A stretch of 24,000 bases of DNA. Origin: Okeania sp. SIO3B5. Its GTDB lineage: Bacteria > Cyanobacteriota > Cyanobacteriia > Cyanobacteriales > Microcoleaceae. Shown here in pieces: positions 1-8,125 of the stretch (the stretch's first letter is position 1; each line of letters starts with the position of its first letter). The stretch covers positions 44,024 through 68,023 of the forward strand of contig NZ_JAAHHG010000001.1 of the NCBI RefSeq assembly GCF_010692555.1, in the 5' to 3' direction. The position numbers and the translations under genes are program-made. The notes beneath the pieces are model-generated. The model was not told the origin of the DNA and made no database searches. It worked only from the letters and a program-made list of their open reading frames with translations.

Positions 1-1017
1 TTAATTTGTACTTTGTCTTGCTGTTTCTAACCAATTATCATATTTTTGCTGATTATTATTTACCCATTCTTGAGCATGACGCAGAATATCTTCCGGTTTG
101 TCTTCACCCTCTTTTATACGTAAACTTTCAGCATTCATATCAGCAACTGAAATTTCAACTAATTCAAACCATTTTTTAGCAACTGGATTATTTTCTAGGA
201 ATTTTTTATTAGCAACAATACGCTGATCGCTTTTAGGAAGACCAAGATTTTTACCATCTACTGATGTACCTTTTTCACTCAGATTTTCCATAGGTTCTGG
301 TAAAGAAGTAAAAGAAACTTCTAACCAAACTACATCTTCTCCTGGTTTTAAAACTGCAGATATCCAGTGAGGATTATAGGCATAATAAATAATAGGTTCG
401 CCTTTTTGATAACGAGTAACAGCATCTGCCAGAAGCACTGTATATTGGCCTCGATTATGTTCTACAGTATCCTGCAGTCCATAGACTTTAAGGTGATGGT
501 CTATGATCAACTCACAAAACCAACCAGGATTACAACCAACTAAATTTGCTTTACCATCTTTATCTGAATCAAAAAGCTTGGCTATTTCTGGATCTTTTAA
601 TTGTTCAATGTTAGTAATGTTATATTTATCGGCGGTTTTTTTATCAATTTGATACCCTTGGATGCCATTAGGAGTTAAAATTCCCACTCCCTCTAATTTT
701 TCTTCACCACCAGCATTTTCAAAGAATTTCTTGTGCCCTGGTTGATAGTAAACAACACTATAGTCTAAGTCTCCATTAGCTATGGAAATATAAAGTGCCG
801 GATAATCAATTTCTTTTGGTTTTTCTACTTGATAACCAAGTTTTTCTAGACCTATATTAACTACAGAAGTTTGAAATAACTCTTCTACCCAACCAGTATT
901 GTAAGCACTCCTAATAGTAATAATTTGAGCAGTAGGAACTTGTTGACAGGAAGTAAAAACTATTAACAAGCTGGTAAGGATTGTCCCTAAAATAATTTTG
1001 AGGAATTTTGGTTTCAT
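1..1017 (-). CDS. ABC-transporter substrate-binding lipoprotein, glycine betaine/proline betaine (ProX/OpuAC-like) family
   Basis: Complete 338-aa ORF with its stop at 1-3. The N-terminal signal peptide ends in a lipobox-like VFTSC (Cys24). The mature part looks like the OpuAC/ProX fold (e.g. NPGWFCELIIDHH, aromatic-rich binding region). Family call is from memory only. Confidence 0.6.
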   Translation of the reverse strand: MKPKFLKIILGTILTSLLIVFTSCQQVPTAQIITIRSAYNTGWVEELFQTSVVNIGLEKLGYQVEKPKEIDYPALYISIANGDLDYSVVYYQPGHKKFFENAGGEEKLEGVGILTPNGIQGYQIDKKTADKYNITNIEQLKDPEIAKLFDSDKDGKANLVGCNPGWFCELIIDHHLKVYGLQDTVEHNRGQYTVLLADAVTRYQKGEPIIYYAYNPHWISAVLKPGEDVVWLEVSFTSLPEPMENLSEKGTSVDGKNLGLPKSDQRIVANKKFLENNPVAKKWFELVEISVADMNAESLRIKEGEDKPEDILRHAQEWVNNNQQKYDNWLETARQSTN

Positions 1018-1333
1018 TTTGACCTAAATAAATATGATAATTTTTAGCTTGATTCAGACTGAAAATTTTATGCTTAAGTAAGAATAACTAGGACTTAATT
1101 GTTAATTATAGTTATTTTTCCTAGTTACTATCAGCTAAGACCTTAGCTTAAATTAATCCATTCATTTTGTAAATTATCTCTTCTGGCTTTCTATTGTTTT
1201 TTTTTGAAATTACGATCTAGGGTTTCTCAAGTTTTGGAGGTACACCTATATTTTTTCTTTTCTAGTTCCCCATTCCCGAAAGAAAAGGAATTGTGTACCT
1301 CACAACTTATGAGAACTGCATATATAGCACTAC

Positions 1334-1396
1334 ATTCCCTATTCCCTATTCCCTATTCCCTATTCCCTATTCCCTATTCCCTATTCCCTATTCCCT
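1334..1396. repeat. Heptamer tandem array (ATTCCCT)x9
   Basis: Nine perfect contiguous copies read directly, ~50 bp upstream of the rplI start. They produce the spurious FPIPYSL-repeat ORFs in the track. Confidence 0.97.
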
Positions 1397-1448
1397 AGCG
1401 CTACACGCTATAATTAAAGTTTGCAGTAAAAATTTTCCAATTAAAATC

Positions 1449-1907
1449 ATGGCCAAAAAATTGCAGGTAGTCTTGAATCAAGATGTCAAAAAATTAGGAG
1501 TATCGGGAGATGTGGTAGAAGTAGCCCCTGGTTATGCTCGTAACTATTTGATTCCTCAGAAAATTGCTTTTCGTACTACTCCAGGTGTTCTTAAACAAGT
1601 AGAACGCCGTAGAGAACAAGAACGACAAAGACAAATAGAATTGAAGCAAGCAGCAGAAGCTCAAAAGATAGCTTTGGAAACAGTTGGTCGCTTTAAAATT
1701 GCCAAACAAGTTGGTGAAAATGATGCGATTTTTGGTACCGTTACTGATAGAGAATTAGTGGATTTAATTAAGGAAAATACTGGTCAAGAAATTGATAGAC
1801 GTGGCGTTACTTTGCCAGAAATTAGCAAAGTTGGATTCTACAAAGCTCAAATTAAACTTCATCCCGAGGTAACTGCTGAAGTAGAGATTCAAGTAGTAGG
1901 TAGTTAA
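1449..1907 (+). CDS. rplI: 50S ribosomal protein L9
   Basis: Uses the internal ATG at 1449 of ORF 1293..1907. [40 protein letters not shown] is the canonical L9 N-terminal domain. Length is 152 aa, and it lies directly upstream of dnaB, as is common in bacteria. Confidence 0.92.
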   Translation: MAKKLQVVLNQDVKKLGVSGDVVEVAPGYARNYLIPQKIAFRTTPGVLKQVERRREQERQRQIELKQAAEAQKIALETVGRFKIAKQVGENDAIFGTVTDRELVDLIKENTGQEIDRRGVTLPEISKVGFYKAQIKLHPEVTAEVEIQVVGS

Positions 1908-1910
1908 TTA

Positions 1911-1945
1911 AAGTCAAAAGTCAAAAGTCAAAAGTTAAAAGTGAA
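1911..1945. repeat. Heptamer array (AAGTCAA)n, 3 perfect plus 2 degenerate units
   Basis: Starts 4 nt after the rplI stop codon. The same heptamer family recurs at 17264-17334 (reverse complement) and 19526-19606. Confidence 0.9.
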
Positions 1946-2183
1946 AAAGAAATTATAAGTTATGCAAAAAAATACTCTAGTGCCACACTAAATCTAGATT
2001 TTATGACTCAAAAATGCGTAAGTATCTTTTGATCGACAGTCTTTGACTTTTGACTGTAGCTGTCAGTATTTAGCCATTAGCTATTGCTTCTAGTTTGAGA
2101 TAAAAGCTTTACTAATTGAATCAGAATTTATTTACTATAAAAGCTGGCTTTTAAATCTATATTAATTAAAATCTCCTTATTTT

Positions 2184-2231
2184 GCTGATAACTGACAGCT
2201 GTTTGCACAGCATTCTAAAGGAAATGCTTAC
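2184..2231 (+). repeat. Short dispersed repeat ('S' family), copy 1
   Basis: GCTGATAACTGACAGCTGTTTGCACAGCATTCTAAAGGAAATGCTTAC aligns with 13743-13797. Its core also aligns with 19905-19937 on the minus strand. Confidence 0.6.
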
Positions 2232-2271
2232 TTTTAGATCAACTTTAATATTCAGCAATTTGATTAATTAC

Positions 2272-2451
2272 CGAATAATTAAAGTTAAATTCCTCTCCTT
2301 TAAAGAAGAAACAAGCGGTGGAGGGATGGCGAGGAAACCTGCGCCATATCAAATCGACTAATAGAAGAAAAAATTTTCATAATTAGTCAATCCTCTTATT
2401 TTCAAGGAGAGGTAATTATTAATTATTCATTATTAATTATTAATTGTTGAA
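2272..2451 (+). mobile_element. MITE-like 'R' element, copy 1, carrying a nested 49-bp GC-rich insertion (2316-2364)
   Basis: Shares CGAATAATTAA..CCTCTCCTTTAAAGRAGAAACAAG..AGTCAATCCTCTT.TTTTCAAGGAGAGG..(ATTAATT)n with 2532-2657, and with 16344-16471 and 16735-16855 in reverse complement. The extra GC-rich block is absent from the other three copies. Confidence 0.75.
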
Positions 2452-2531
2452 AGATTTTTATACCAGAGTAATTTAAACTTTAATCCCTATTCCTTTTTCA
2501 AATAAATGTTGAATAATTGTAGGTAAATCAC

Positions 2532-2657
2532 CGAATAATTAAGGTGGGAAACCTCTCCTTTAAAGGAGAAACAAGAAAAAAATTTCCATTGAGTCAATCC
2601 TCTTATTTTCAAAGAGAGGTAATTGTTAATTATTAATTATTAATTATTAATTATTAA
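2532..2657 (+). mobile_element. MITE-like 'R' element, copy 2
   Basis: Same family. Two internal hairpins (perfect palindrome TCTCCTTTAAAGGAGA; CCTCTT..AAGAGAGG) and an (ATTAATT)n tail that ends about 3 nt before the dnaB ATG. Confidence 0.75.
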
Positions 2658-2660
2658 AAG

Positions 2661-5600
2661 ATGTCTAGCGATCGCCTACCTCCCCAAAATATTGAAGCGG
2701 AAGAAGCTATTTTAGGTGGTATTCTCCTCGATCCAGAAGCTGTTAGTCGAGTAACAGAGTTATTACGCCCAGAGTTTTTTGCCATTGAAGCTCATCAAAT
2801 TCTTTATAAAGCAATGTGGCAACTTTATAATCAGGGCAAACCTACGGATTTAATGACTGTTACCAGTTGGCTTACTGATAATAATAAATTAGAAAAAATT
2901 GGCGGACAAGTAAAAATAGTTCAACTATTAGAACGAACTGTTTCGGCGGTTAATATTGACCAATATGCTGTTTTAGTTATTGATAAATATATCCGCAGAA
3001 AATTAATTCAAGCAGGAAATGAAATTTTTGATTTAGGGTTTCAAACAGCTACTGAATTAAAAACTATTCTTGACCAAGCTGAACAAAAAATATTTGCTCT
3101 GACTCAGGATAAACCACAACAAGATTTAGTTCCTATTTCTGAGACTTTAATTAATACTTTTCAGGAGATTGAAGATAGAAATGAGGGAATTGCTTTACCT
3201 GGTCTTGCTTGTGGTTTTTACGATCTAGATGCAATGACTGGAGGTTTTCAACGTTCGGATTTAATTATTGTAGCTGGTCGTCCATCAATGGGAAAATGTG
3301 CTGCTTATGATACTTTAGTTTTGCAAAAAGATGGCAGTTTAATTACTTTGGCAGAAGTTTATCAAAGGCAGGAAATAGAGTTATTAACTTTAGGCAAAAA
3401 TTGGAAGTTTCAGATTACTAAACCTTCTGCTTTTATTGATGATGGAATTAAGCCAGTTTTTAGAGTAACGACAAAATCAGGAAGATTTGTAGAGACGACA
3501 ATTACTCATCCTTTTCTAACGGTTGATGGTTGGAAACCTTTGGCAAAATTACAGGTAGGAGAAAAAATAGCTGTACCCCGTCTGTTAGATGTTTTTGGCG
3601 ATGAAAGTATTCCAGAAAATCAGTTTGCTTCTCTGATTGATTCGGATAATTTCTGTCTTTTTCCTATTGTCTTTAAATTAGAAAAATCACAGTTAGCTTT
3701 ATTCATTAGATATTTATTTTCCCAGGATGGATGGATAAAAATATGTGAAACTGGGGCAGTATGTTTAGGCTATTCTGTGGAGAGTGAAAAGTTAGTTAGA
3801 CAAGTACAACATCTTTTGCTCAGATTTGGAATTATTGGTGTTATTGAAAAGGTTTTTAAAGAATTCAGAATTCAGAATTCAGAATTCAGAAGTTGTTTTT
3901 GTAATAGGGATTTATGGCATTTGACAATTACTGATGCTTTGTCTCAGAAAAATTTTATTGTAGATATTGGTGGCTTTGATTCTAAAAAATTCGACTTTGA
4001 CCCTAGCTGGTTAAATTTAACTACAAAAAATAATTTCTGGGATGAATTGGTGAGTCTGATGGAAAATTTTACCGAATCTAAAAGTAGGTCAGTAAATAAT
4101 AGGAGTTTCAAAGGAAACTCTCCTAAAAATTCTGAGAATTTAACTACTGCTGATACTGTCTCTGGGAAAAATTTTCTGGTAGATATGGGAAGTCTTCCGT
4201 CAGAAATTCTTGATTTTGACTCCGATAGATTTGATTTAGATAAACCGGATAATTTCTGGGTTGAGAAATTAGAAAATACAGAGGTTTTCTGGAATAAAGT
4301 TCTTGTTGTAATGGAAAAATTTACTGAATCTAAATCAGAAAATTGGAATTTACTCACAAAGAAAAATTCCTTGGTTAAAAATCTCAAAGATTGGGAAATT
4401 TTCGTGAATGAAATTGTATGTGTGATGGAAAAGTTTGCTGAATCTAGATGGTTTTCACCACATAGGAAAAATAGCATAAGACAGACGGATAAAATTTTTG
4501 GTCATTTAACTACTTCTGAGACTTTATCTGTGAAAAGTTATGTGACAAATATTAGTAGTTCTCCATCAGAAAATTGGGATTTACTCACAAAGAAAAATTC
4601 CTTGGTTGAAAATCTCAAAGATTGGGAAATTTTCGTGAATGAAATTGTATGTGTGATGGAAAAGTTTGCTGAATCTAGATGGTTTTCACCACATAGGAAA
4701 AATAGCATAAGACAGACGGATAAAATTTTTGGTCATTTAACTACTTCTGAGACTTTCGGTGGGAAAAATTTAGGGGCAGATATGAGAAATTTTCCATCTA
4801 TAAATCTGGATTTCCCCTCTAGCATATTAAATTTAGTCATACCGGATAGTTTCTGGGTTAAGCAACTAAAAAATACTGAGATTTTCGGGAATGAAATTAC
4901 TTCTGTAACGGAAAAATTTGTCGCATATAGATGGTTTTCACCACAGAGCAGAAACGGCACAAGACAGACTGATAAAAATTTCAGAAATTTAACGACTTCT
5001 GAGACTTTATCTATGAAAAGTGGTGTGGCAAATATTGGCAGTTCTCTATTAGAAGATTTGGATTTCGACTCCGACAGATTTGATTTAGCGGAACCAGAGA
5101 ATTCCTGGAGCCAACAATTAGAGAATACAGCAATTTTCTGGAATAAATTGGTGAGTCTGATAGAAAATTTTGCCGAATCTAAAAATCAGTCACTCCAGAG
5201 TAGAACTGTCAAAGGAAAGTCGGATAAAAACTCTGAAAATTTAACTACTACTGACACTCTCTATAGAAAAAATATTCTGATAGATATGAGAAACCTTCCA
5301 TCAGAAAATCTAGATTTATACTGTGACAGATTAAACTTAGTCAAACCACAGAATTCCTGCACAGAGCATTTAGAAATTAGGGATATTTTCTGGAATAAAT
5401 TGGTCTATCTGATAGAAAATTTTGCCGAATCTAAAAATCAGTCGCTCCAGAGTAGGAATGTCAAAGGAAAGTCGGATAAAAACTCTGAAAATTTAACTAC
5501 TACTGACACTCTCTATAGAAAAAATATTCTGATAGATATGAGAAACCTTCCATCAGAAAATCTAGATTTATACTGTGACAGATTAAACTTAGTCAAACCA

Positions 5601-7499
5601 CAGAATTCCTGCACAGAGCAATTAGAAAGTAGTGATATTTTCTGGAGTGAATTGGTGAGTCTGGTGGAAAAGTTTGCCGAATCTAAAAATCAGTCGCTCC
5701 AGAGTAGAAGTGTCAAAAGAAGATCTCCTAAAAATTCTGAGAATTTAACGACTACTGATACTATCTGTGGAAGAAATATTCTGGCAGATATAAGAAATTT
5801 TCCATCAGAAAATCAAGATTTTTACTCAGACAGATTAAATTTAGTCAGACCACAGAATTCCTGGAGCGAGCAATTAGAAAGTAGGGATATTTTCTGGAAT
5901 AAATTGGTTAATCTGATAGAAAAATTTGCCGAATCTAAAAATCAGTCGCTCAAAAGTAGAAGTGTTAAAAGAAAGTCAGATAAAAATGCCGATAGTTTAA
6001 CTACTACTGATGCTCTCCATAAGAAAAATATTCTGATAGATACGAGAAACCTTCCATCAGAAAATCTGGATTTCCACTCCGACAGATTAAATTTAGTCAG
6101 ACCACAGAATTCCTGCACAAAGCATTTAGAAAATAGCGATATTTTCTGGGATGAAATTGTTTCAATAGAACCAGTAGGAGAAAAACAAGTATACGATTTG
6201 ACCATACCAGAAACTCATAATTTTGTAGCTAATGATATTTGCCTTCACAATACTAGCTTTGCTGTAAATATTGGTCATAGTATTGCAGCTAATCTCAAAT
6301 TACCAGTAGCAATTTTTAGTCTAGAAATGTCTAAGGAACAATTAGTATTAAGACTATTAGCAAGTGAGGCAAGAATTGAAAGTAATAGATTGCGGTCCGG
6401 GCGAATTAGTCAGAATGAATGGGAACCTTTAACTTCCGCTATTGGTACTCTTGCTGAAATGCCAATTTTTATTGATGATACTCCTAATATTACTGTTAAT
6501 GAAATTCGTTCAAAAGTCAGACAATTACAGAGCGAACAAGGTGGAGCTTTAGGATTAATTTTATTAGATTATTTACAGTTAATGGAGGGTAGTAATACTG
6601 ATAATCGAGTGTTGGAGTTGGCAAGAATTACTAGGAGTTTGAAGGGTTTGGCACGAGAACTTTCGGTGCCGATTATTGCTTTGTCTCAACTTAGCAGAAG
6701 TGTGGAGTCTCGAACTAATAAAAGACCAATGATGTCTGACTTAAGAGAGTCTGGTTGTTTGACTGGGGATACTTTAATTTGTTTAGCTGATGGTAAACAA
6801 ATTCCTATTTCTTGCCTGGTTGGTAAGTCTAATTTTTCTGTTTTGGCGTTGAATGAAAATACTGGAAAATTTGAGTCGGCTATGGTTAGTCGAGTATTTT
6901 CTACTGGGGTTAAACCTATACTTCTTCTGCAAACTTCTTCGGGAAAATTGATTAGGGCTACGGCTAATCATCCTTTCTTTTCTATGGGGGGTTGGAAACA
7001 GTTAAATACTCTGAATATTGGGGATTCTCTTGCTATTTTGAACCAAAAAATGCTTAAATATTCAATATTGTATTGTGGCCAACTCTTGTCTCAAGTAGAT
7101 TTTGGGCCAAAAAATGGTGGAAATTTAGGGTCTGTAGTTAAGTGTCGGGAGTGGGAAAAACCTACTCAAATTGATGTTAACTGGGATGAAATTGTAGAAA
7201 TAAGACCAGATGGTGAGGCAGAGGTTTTTGACTTAACTGTGCCTGGTTTACATAATTTTGTGGCGAATGAGATTGTTGTTCATAACTCTATTGAACAAGA
7301 TGCGGATTTAGTTATTATGCTTTATCGGGATGAGTATTATTCCCCAGATACTCCAGATCAGGGTATTGCTGAGGTGATTATTACTAAGCATCGGAATGGG
7401 CCTACTGGTACGGTTAAGTTATTGTTTGACCCCCAGTTTACTAAGTTTAGAAATTTGGCAATAAGAGGGAACAGGGAACAGGGAACAGGGAACAGATAA
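2661..7499 (+). CDS. dnaB: Replicative DNA helicase DnaB, interrupted by two in-frame inteins
   Basis: The N-terminus MSSDRLPPQNIEAEEAILGGILLDPEA and the C-terminal IITKHRNGPTGTVKLLFDPQFTKFRNL are canonical DnaB. Removing residues 213-1197 and 1366-1542 leaves 450 aa, with a restored Walker A (GRPSMGK|TSF) and RESG|SIEQDADL. Confidence 0.95.
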   Translation: MSSDRLPPQNIEAEEAILGGILLDPEAVSRVTELLRPEFFAIEAHQILYKAMWQLYNQGKPTDLMTVTSWLTDNNKLEKIGGQVKIVQLLERTVSAVNIDQYAVLVIDKYIRRKLIQAGNEIFDLGFQTATELKTILDQAEQKIFALTQDKPQQDLVPISETLINTFQEIEDRNEGIALPGLACGFYDLDAMTGGFQRSDLIIVAGRPSMGKCAAYDTLVLQKDGSLITLAEVYQRQEIELLTLGKNWKFQITKPSAFIDDGIKPVFRVTTKSGRFVETTITHPFLTVDGWKPLAKLQVGEKIAVPRLLDVFGDESIPENQFASLIDSDNFCLFPIVFKLEKSQLALFIRYLFSQDGWIKICETGAVCLGYSVESEKLVRQVQHLLLRFGIIGVIEKVFKEFRIQNSEFRSCFCNRDLWHLTITDALSQKNFIVDIGGFDSKKFDFDPSWLNLTTKNNFWDELVSLMENFTESKSRSVNNRSFKGNSPKNSENLTTADTVSGKNFLVDMGSLPSEILDFDSDRFDLDKPDNFWVEKLENTEVFWNKVLVVMEKFTESKSENWNLLTKKNSLVKNLKDWEIFVNEIVCVMEKFAESRWFSPHRKNSIRQTDKIFGHLTTSETLSVKSYVTNISSSPSENWDLLTKKNSLVENLKDWEIFVNEIVCVMEKFAESRWFSPHRKNSIRQTDKIFGHLTTSETFGGKNLGADMRNFPSINLDFPSSILNLVIPDSFWVKQLKNTEIFGNEITSVTEKFVAYRWFSPQSRNGTRQTDKNFRNLTTSETLSMKSGVANIGSSLLEDLDFDSDRFDLAEPENSWSQQLENTAIFWNKLVSLIENFAESKNQSLQSRTVKGKSDKNSENLTTTDTLYRKNILIDMRNLPSENLDLYCDRLNLVKPQNSCTEHLEIRDIFWNKLVYLIENFAESKNQSLQSRNVKGKSDKNSENLTTTDTLYRKNILIDMRNLPSENLDLYCDRLNLVKPQNSCTEQLESSDIFWSELVSLVEKFAESKNQSLQSRSVKRRSPKNSENLTTTDTICGRNILADIRNFPSENQDFYSDRLNLVRPQNSWSEQLESRDIFWNKLVNLIEKFAESKNQSLKSRSVKRKSDKNADSLTTTDALHKKNILIDTRNLPSENLDFHSDRLNLVRPQNSCTKHLENSDIFWDEIVSIEPVGEKQVYDLTIPETHNFVANDICLHNTSFAVNIGHSIAANLKLPVAIFSLEMSKEQLVLRLLASEARIESNRLRSGRISQNEWEPLTSAIGTLAEMPIFIDDTPNITVNEIRSKVRQLQSEQGGALGLILLDYLQLMEGSNTDNRVLELARITRSLKGLARELSVPIIALSQLSRSVESRTNKRPMMSDLRESGCLTGDTLICLADGKQIPISCLVGKSNFSVLALNENTGKFESAMVSRVFSTGVKPILLLQTSSGKLIRATANHPFFSMGGWKQLNTLNIGDSLAILNQKMLKYSILYCGQLLSQVDFGPKNGGNLGSVVKCREWEKPTQIDVNWDEIVEIRPDGEAEVFDLTVPGLHNFVANEIVVHNSIEQDADLVIMLYRDEYYSPDTPDQGIAEVIITKHRNGPTGTVKLLFDPQFTKFRNLAIRGNREQGTGNR
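3861..3888 (+). repeat. Heptamer array (GAATTCA)x4 inside the intein-1 coding sequence
   Basis: Read directly. It is translated as EFRIQNSEFR and lies where the endonuclease-like region ends and repeat-like sequence begins. Confidence 0.95.
4035..6143 (+). repeat. In-frame tandem repeats within intein 1: 9 units (seven of 252 bp/84 aa, plus 114-bp and 231-bp units), 703 codons
   Basis: Each unit starts F(W/V/G)(N/D/S)(K/E)(L/I)V. Unit boundaries are 4035, 4287, 4401, 4632, 4884, 5136, 5388, 5640 and 5892. Units 6 and 7 are 79/84 aa identical. Homology to the second half of a unit already starts at about 3945. Confidence 0.95.
6756..7286 (+). other. DnaB mini-intein 2 (177 aa, no endonuclease domain)
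   Basis: RESG|CLTGDTLICLADG...NHPFFS...WDEIVEIRPDGEAEVFDLTVPGLHNFVANEIVVHN|SIEQD. From memory this is the same insertion site as the classical Synechocystis DnaB intein. Confidence 0.9.
7467..7494 (+). repeat. Heptamer array (GGGAACA)x4 forming the last codons of dnaB
   Basis: Read directly. It encodes the non-canonical tail ..GNREQGTGNR just before the TAA at 7497-7499. Confidence 0.95.
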
Positions 7500-7594
7500 A
7501 TCATTATCAGTTATGAGGAAAGTTAGAGTACAGTAAAAGAATGAAAGATTAGAAAGCGATCGCTTCTTCAGTTACCAGTTATCAGTCTCAGGAA

Positions 7595-7835
7595 TTTTCT
7601 GAGGAGCAATACCAGAAATATTTTCATCTTGTGAAGCTCTCACAAAGGTTGTTGTTCCCTGATTAAATGTTTCCATCCATCACTTCTCAGTGGAAAAGCA
7701 CCAATTTTTTCATTTCCTGAAGCTCATAAAAAATCGCCACGCCAAAGGATTTTCGGTTCCATACCCACAATTTTTGTGATATTATAAATGATATAAGGGG
7801 CTGTTCGTATATACGCATGACTTTTTATTCAACTA
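7595..7835 (+). repeat. Direct repeat 'A' (241 bp) immediately upstream of the IscB leader
   Basis: Aligns colinearly with 9405-9647, roughly three-quarters identical by eye. The last 20 nt, CATGACTTTTTATTCAACTA (7816-7835), are identical to 9628-9647. Homology stops abruptly at 7835/7836. Confidence 0.85.
7777..7785 (+). promoter_or_regulatory. Candidate extended -10 promoter (TGaTATTAT) inside repeat A
   Basis: TGnTATTAT lies at 7777-7785. The aligned position in A' (9589-9597) reads TGaTATAGT. Both sit 50 nt before the end of the repeat. No strong -35 element. Sequence pattern only. Confidence 0.3.
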
Positions 7836-8125
7836 AATTTCCATGGTCAGAGACAATCGAATATTGAGGAATTATTCCCAGGACTAACCACAAATCTAAT
7901 CAAAACGCAAATTTTGTGTTTAAATGGTTAGTCCAGCCCACTTTCTTCAAGTAAACGTTATTTTGGTCACAATACGTCGGGATGCGCGGCCAGTTCCGAC
8001 CTCTATTGTTCGGCATTAAACAGGCAAAGAGATTTGAAAAGCTAGTGTGCCGAACGTAAAAAGCTGAAATAACCGGGCGAGGCCAACTTTACACTTTTTG
8101 TAGGAGGGACGCAACAATGTCCAAT
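7836..8125 (+). ncRNA. Candidate IscB omegaRNA scaffold (a guide would be the ~16-20 nt just upstream, within 7816-7835)
   Basis: About 280 nt of non-coding leader runs into the iscB start. It is clearly more GC-rich than its surroundings. Stems: GGACTAACCA 7881-7890 / TGGTTAGTCC 7925-7934 (10 bp), GTTCGGCA 8008-8015 / TGCCGAAC 8048-8055 (8 bp), GTCGG 7976-7980 / CCGAC 7996-8000. Position and orientation match known IscB omegaRNAs. The ends are not determined. Confidence 0.5.

Larger units (their letters stand above)
3297..6251 (+). other. DnaB intein 1 (985 aa) inserted in the P-loop, with a degenerate LAGLIDADG homing-endonuclease remnant and a large tandem-repeat array
   Basis: Starts with Cys right after GRPSMGK (CAAYDTLVL..). 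Block B is TITHPFLT. It ends ..THNFVANDICLHN, followed by Thr+1. One LAGLIDADG-like motif is present (LALFIRYLFSQDGWI, then VQHLLLRFGIIGVI), and I found no second one. Confidence 0.9.

Noticed and set aside
1204-1448. ORF 1204..1398 and the N-terminal extension of ORF 1293..1907 (FPIPYSL repeats)
   Set aside because: Both are translations of the (ATTCCCT)9 array. L9 homology begins exactly at the internal ATG 1449.
3944-6205. Minus-strand ORFs 3944..4477, 4733..4960 and 5942..6205, antisense to the intein repeats
   Set aside because: They lie wholly inside the in-frame dnaB intein repeats. Their open frames are a by-product of low-complexity repeated sequence. They have no start context or recognisable domains.
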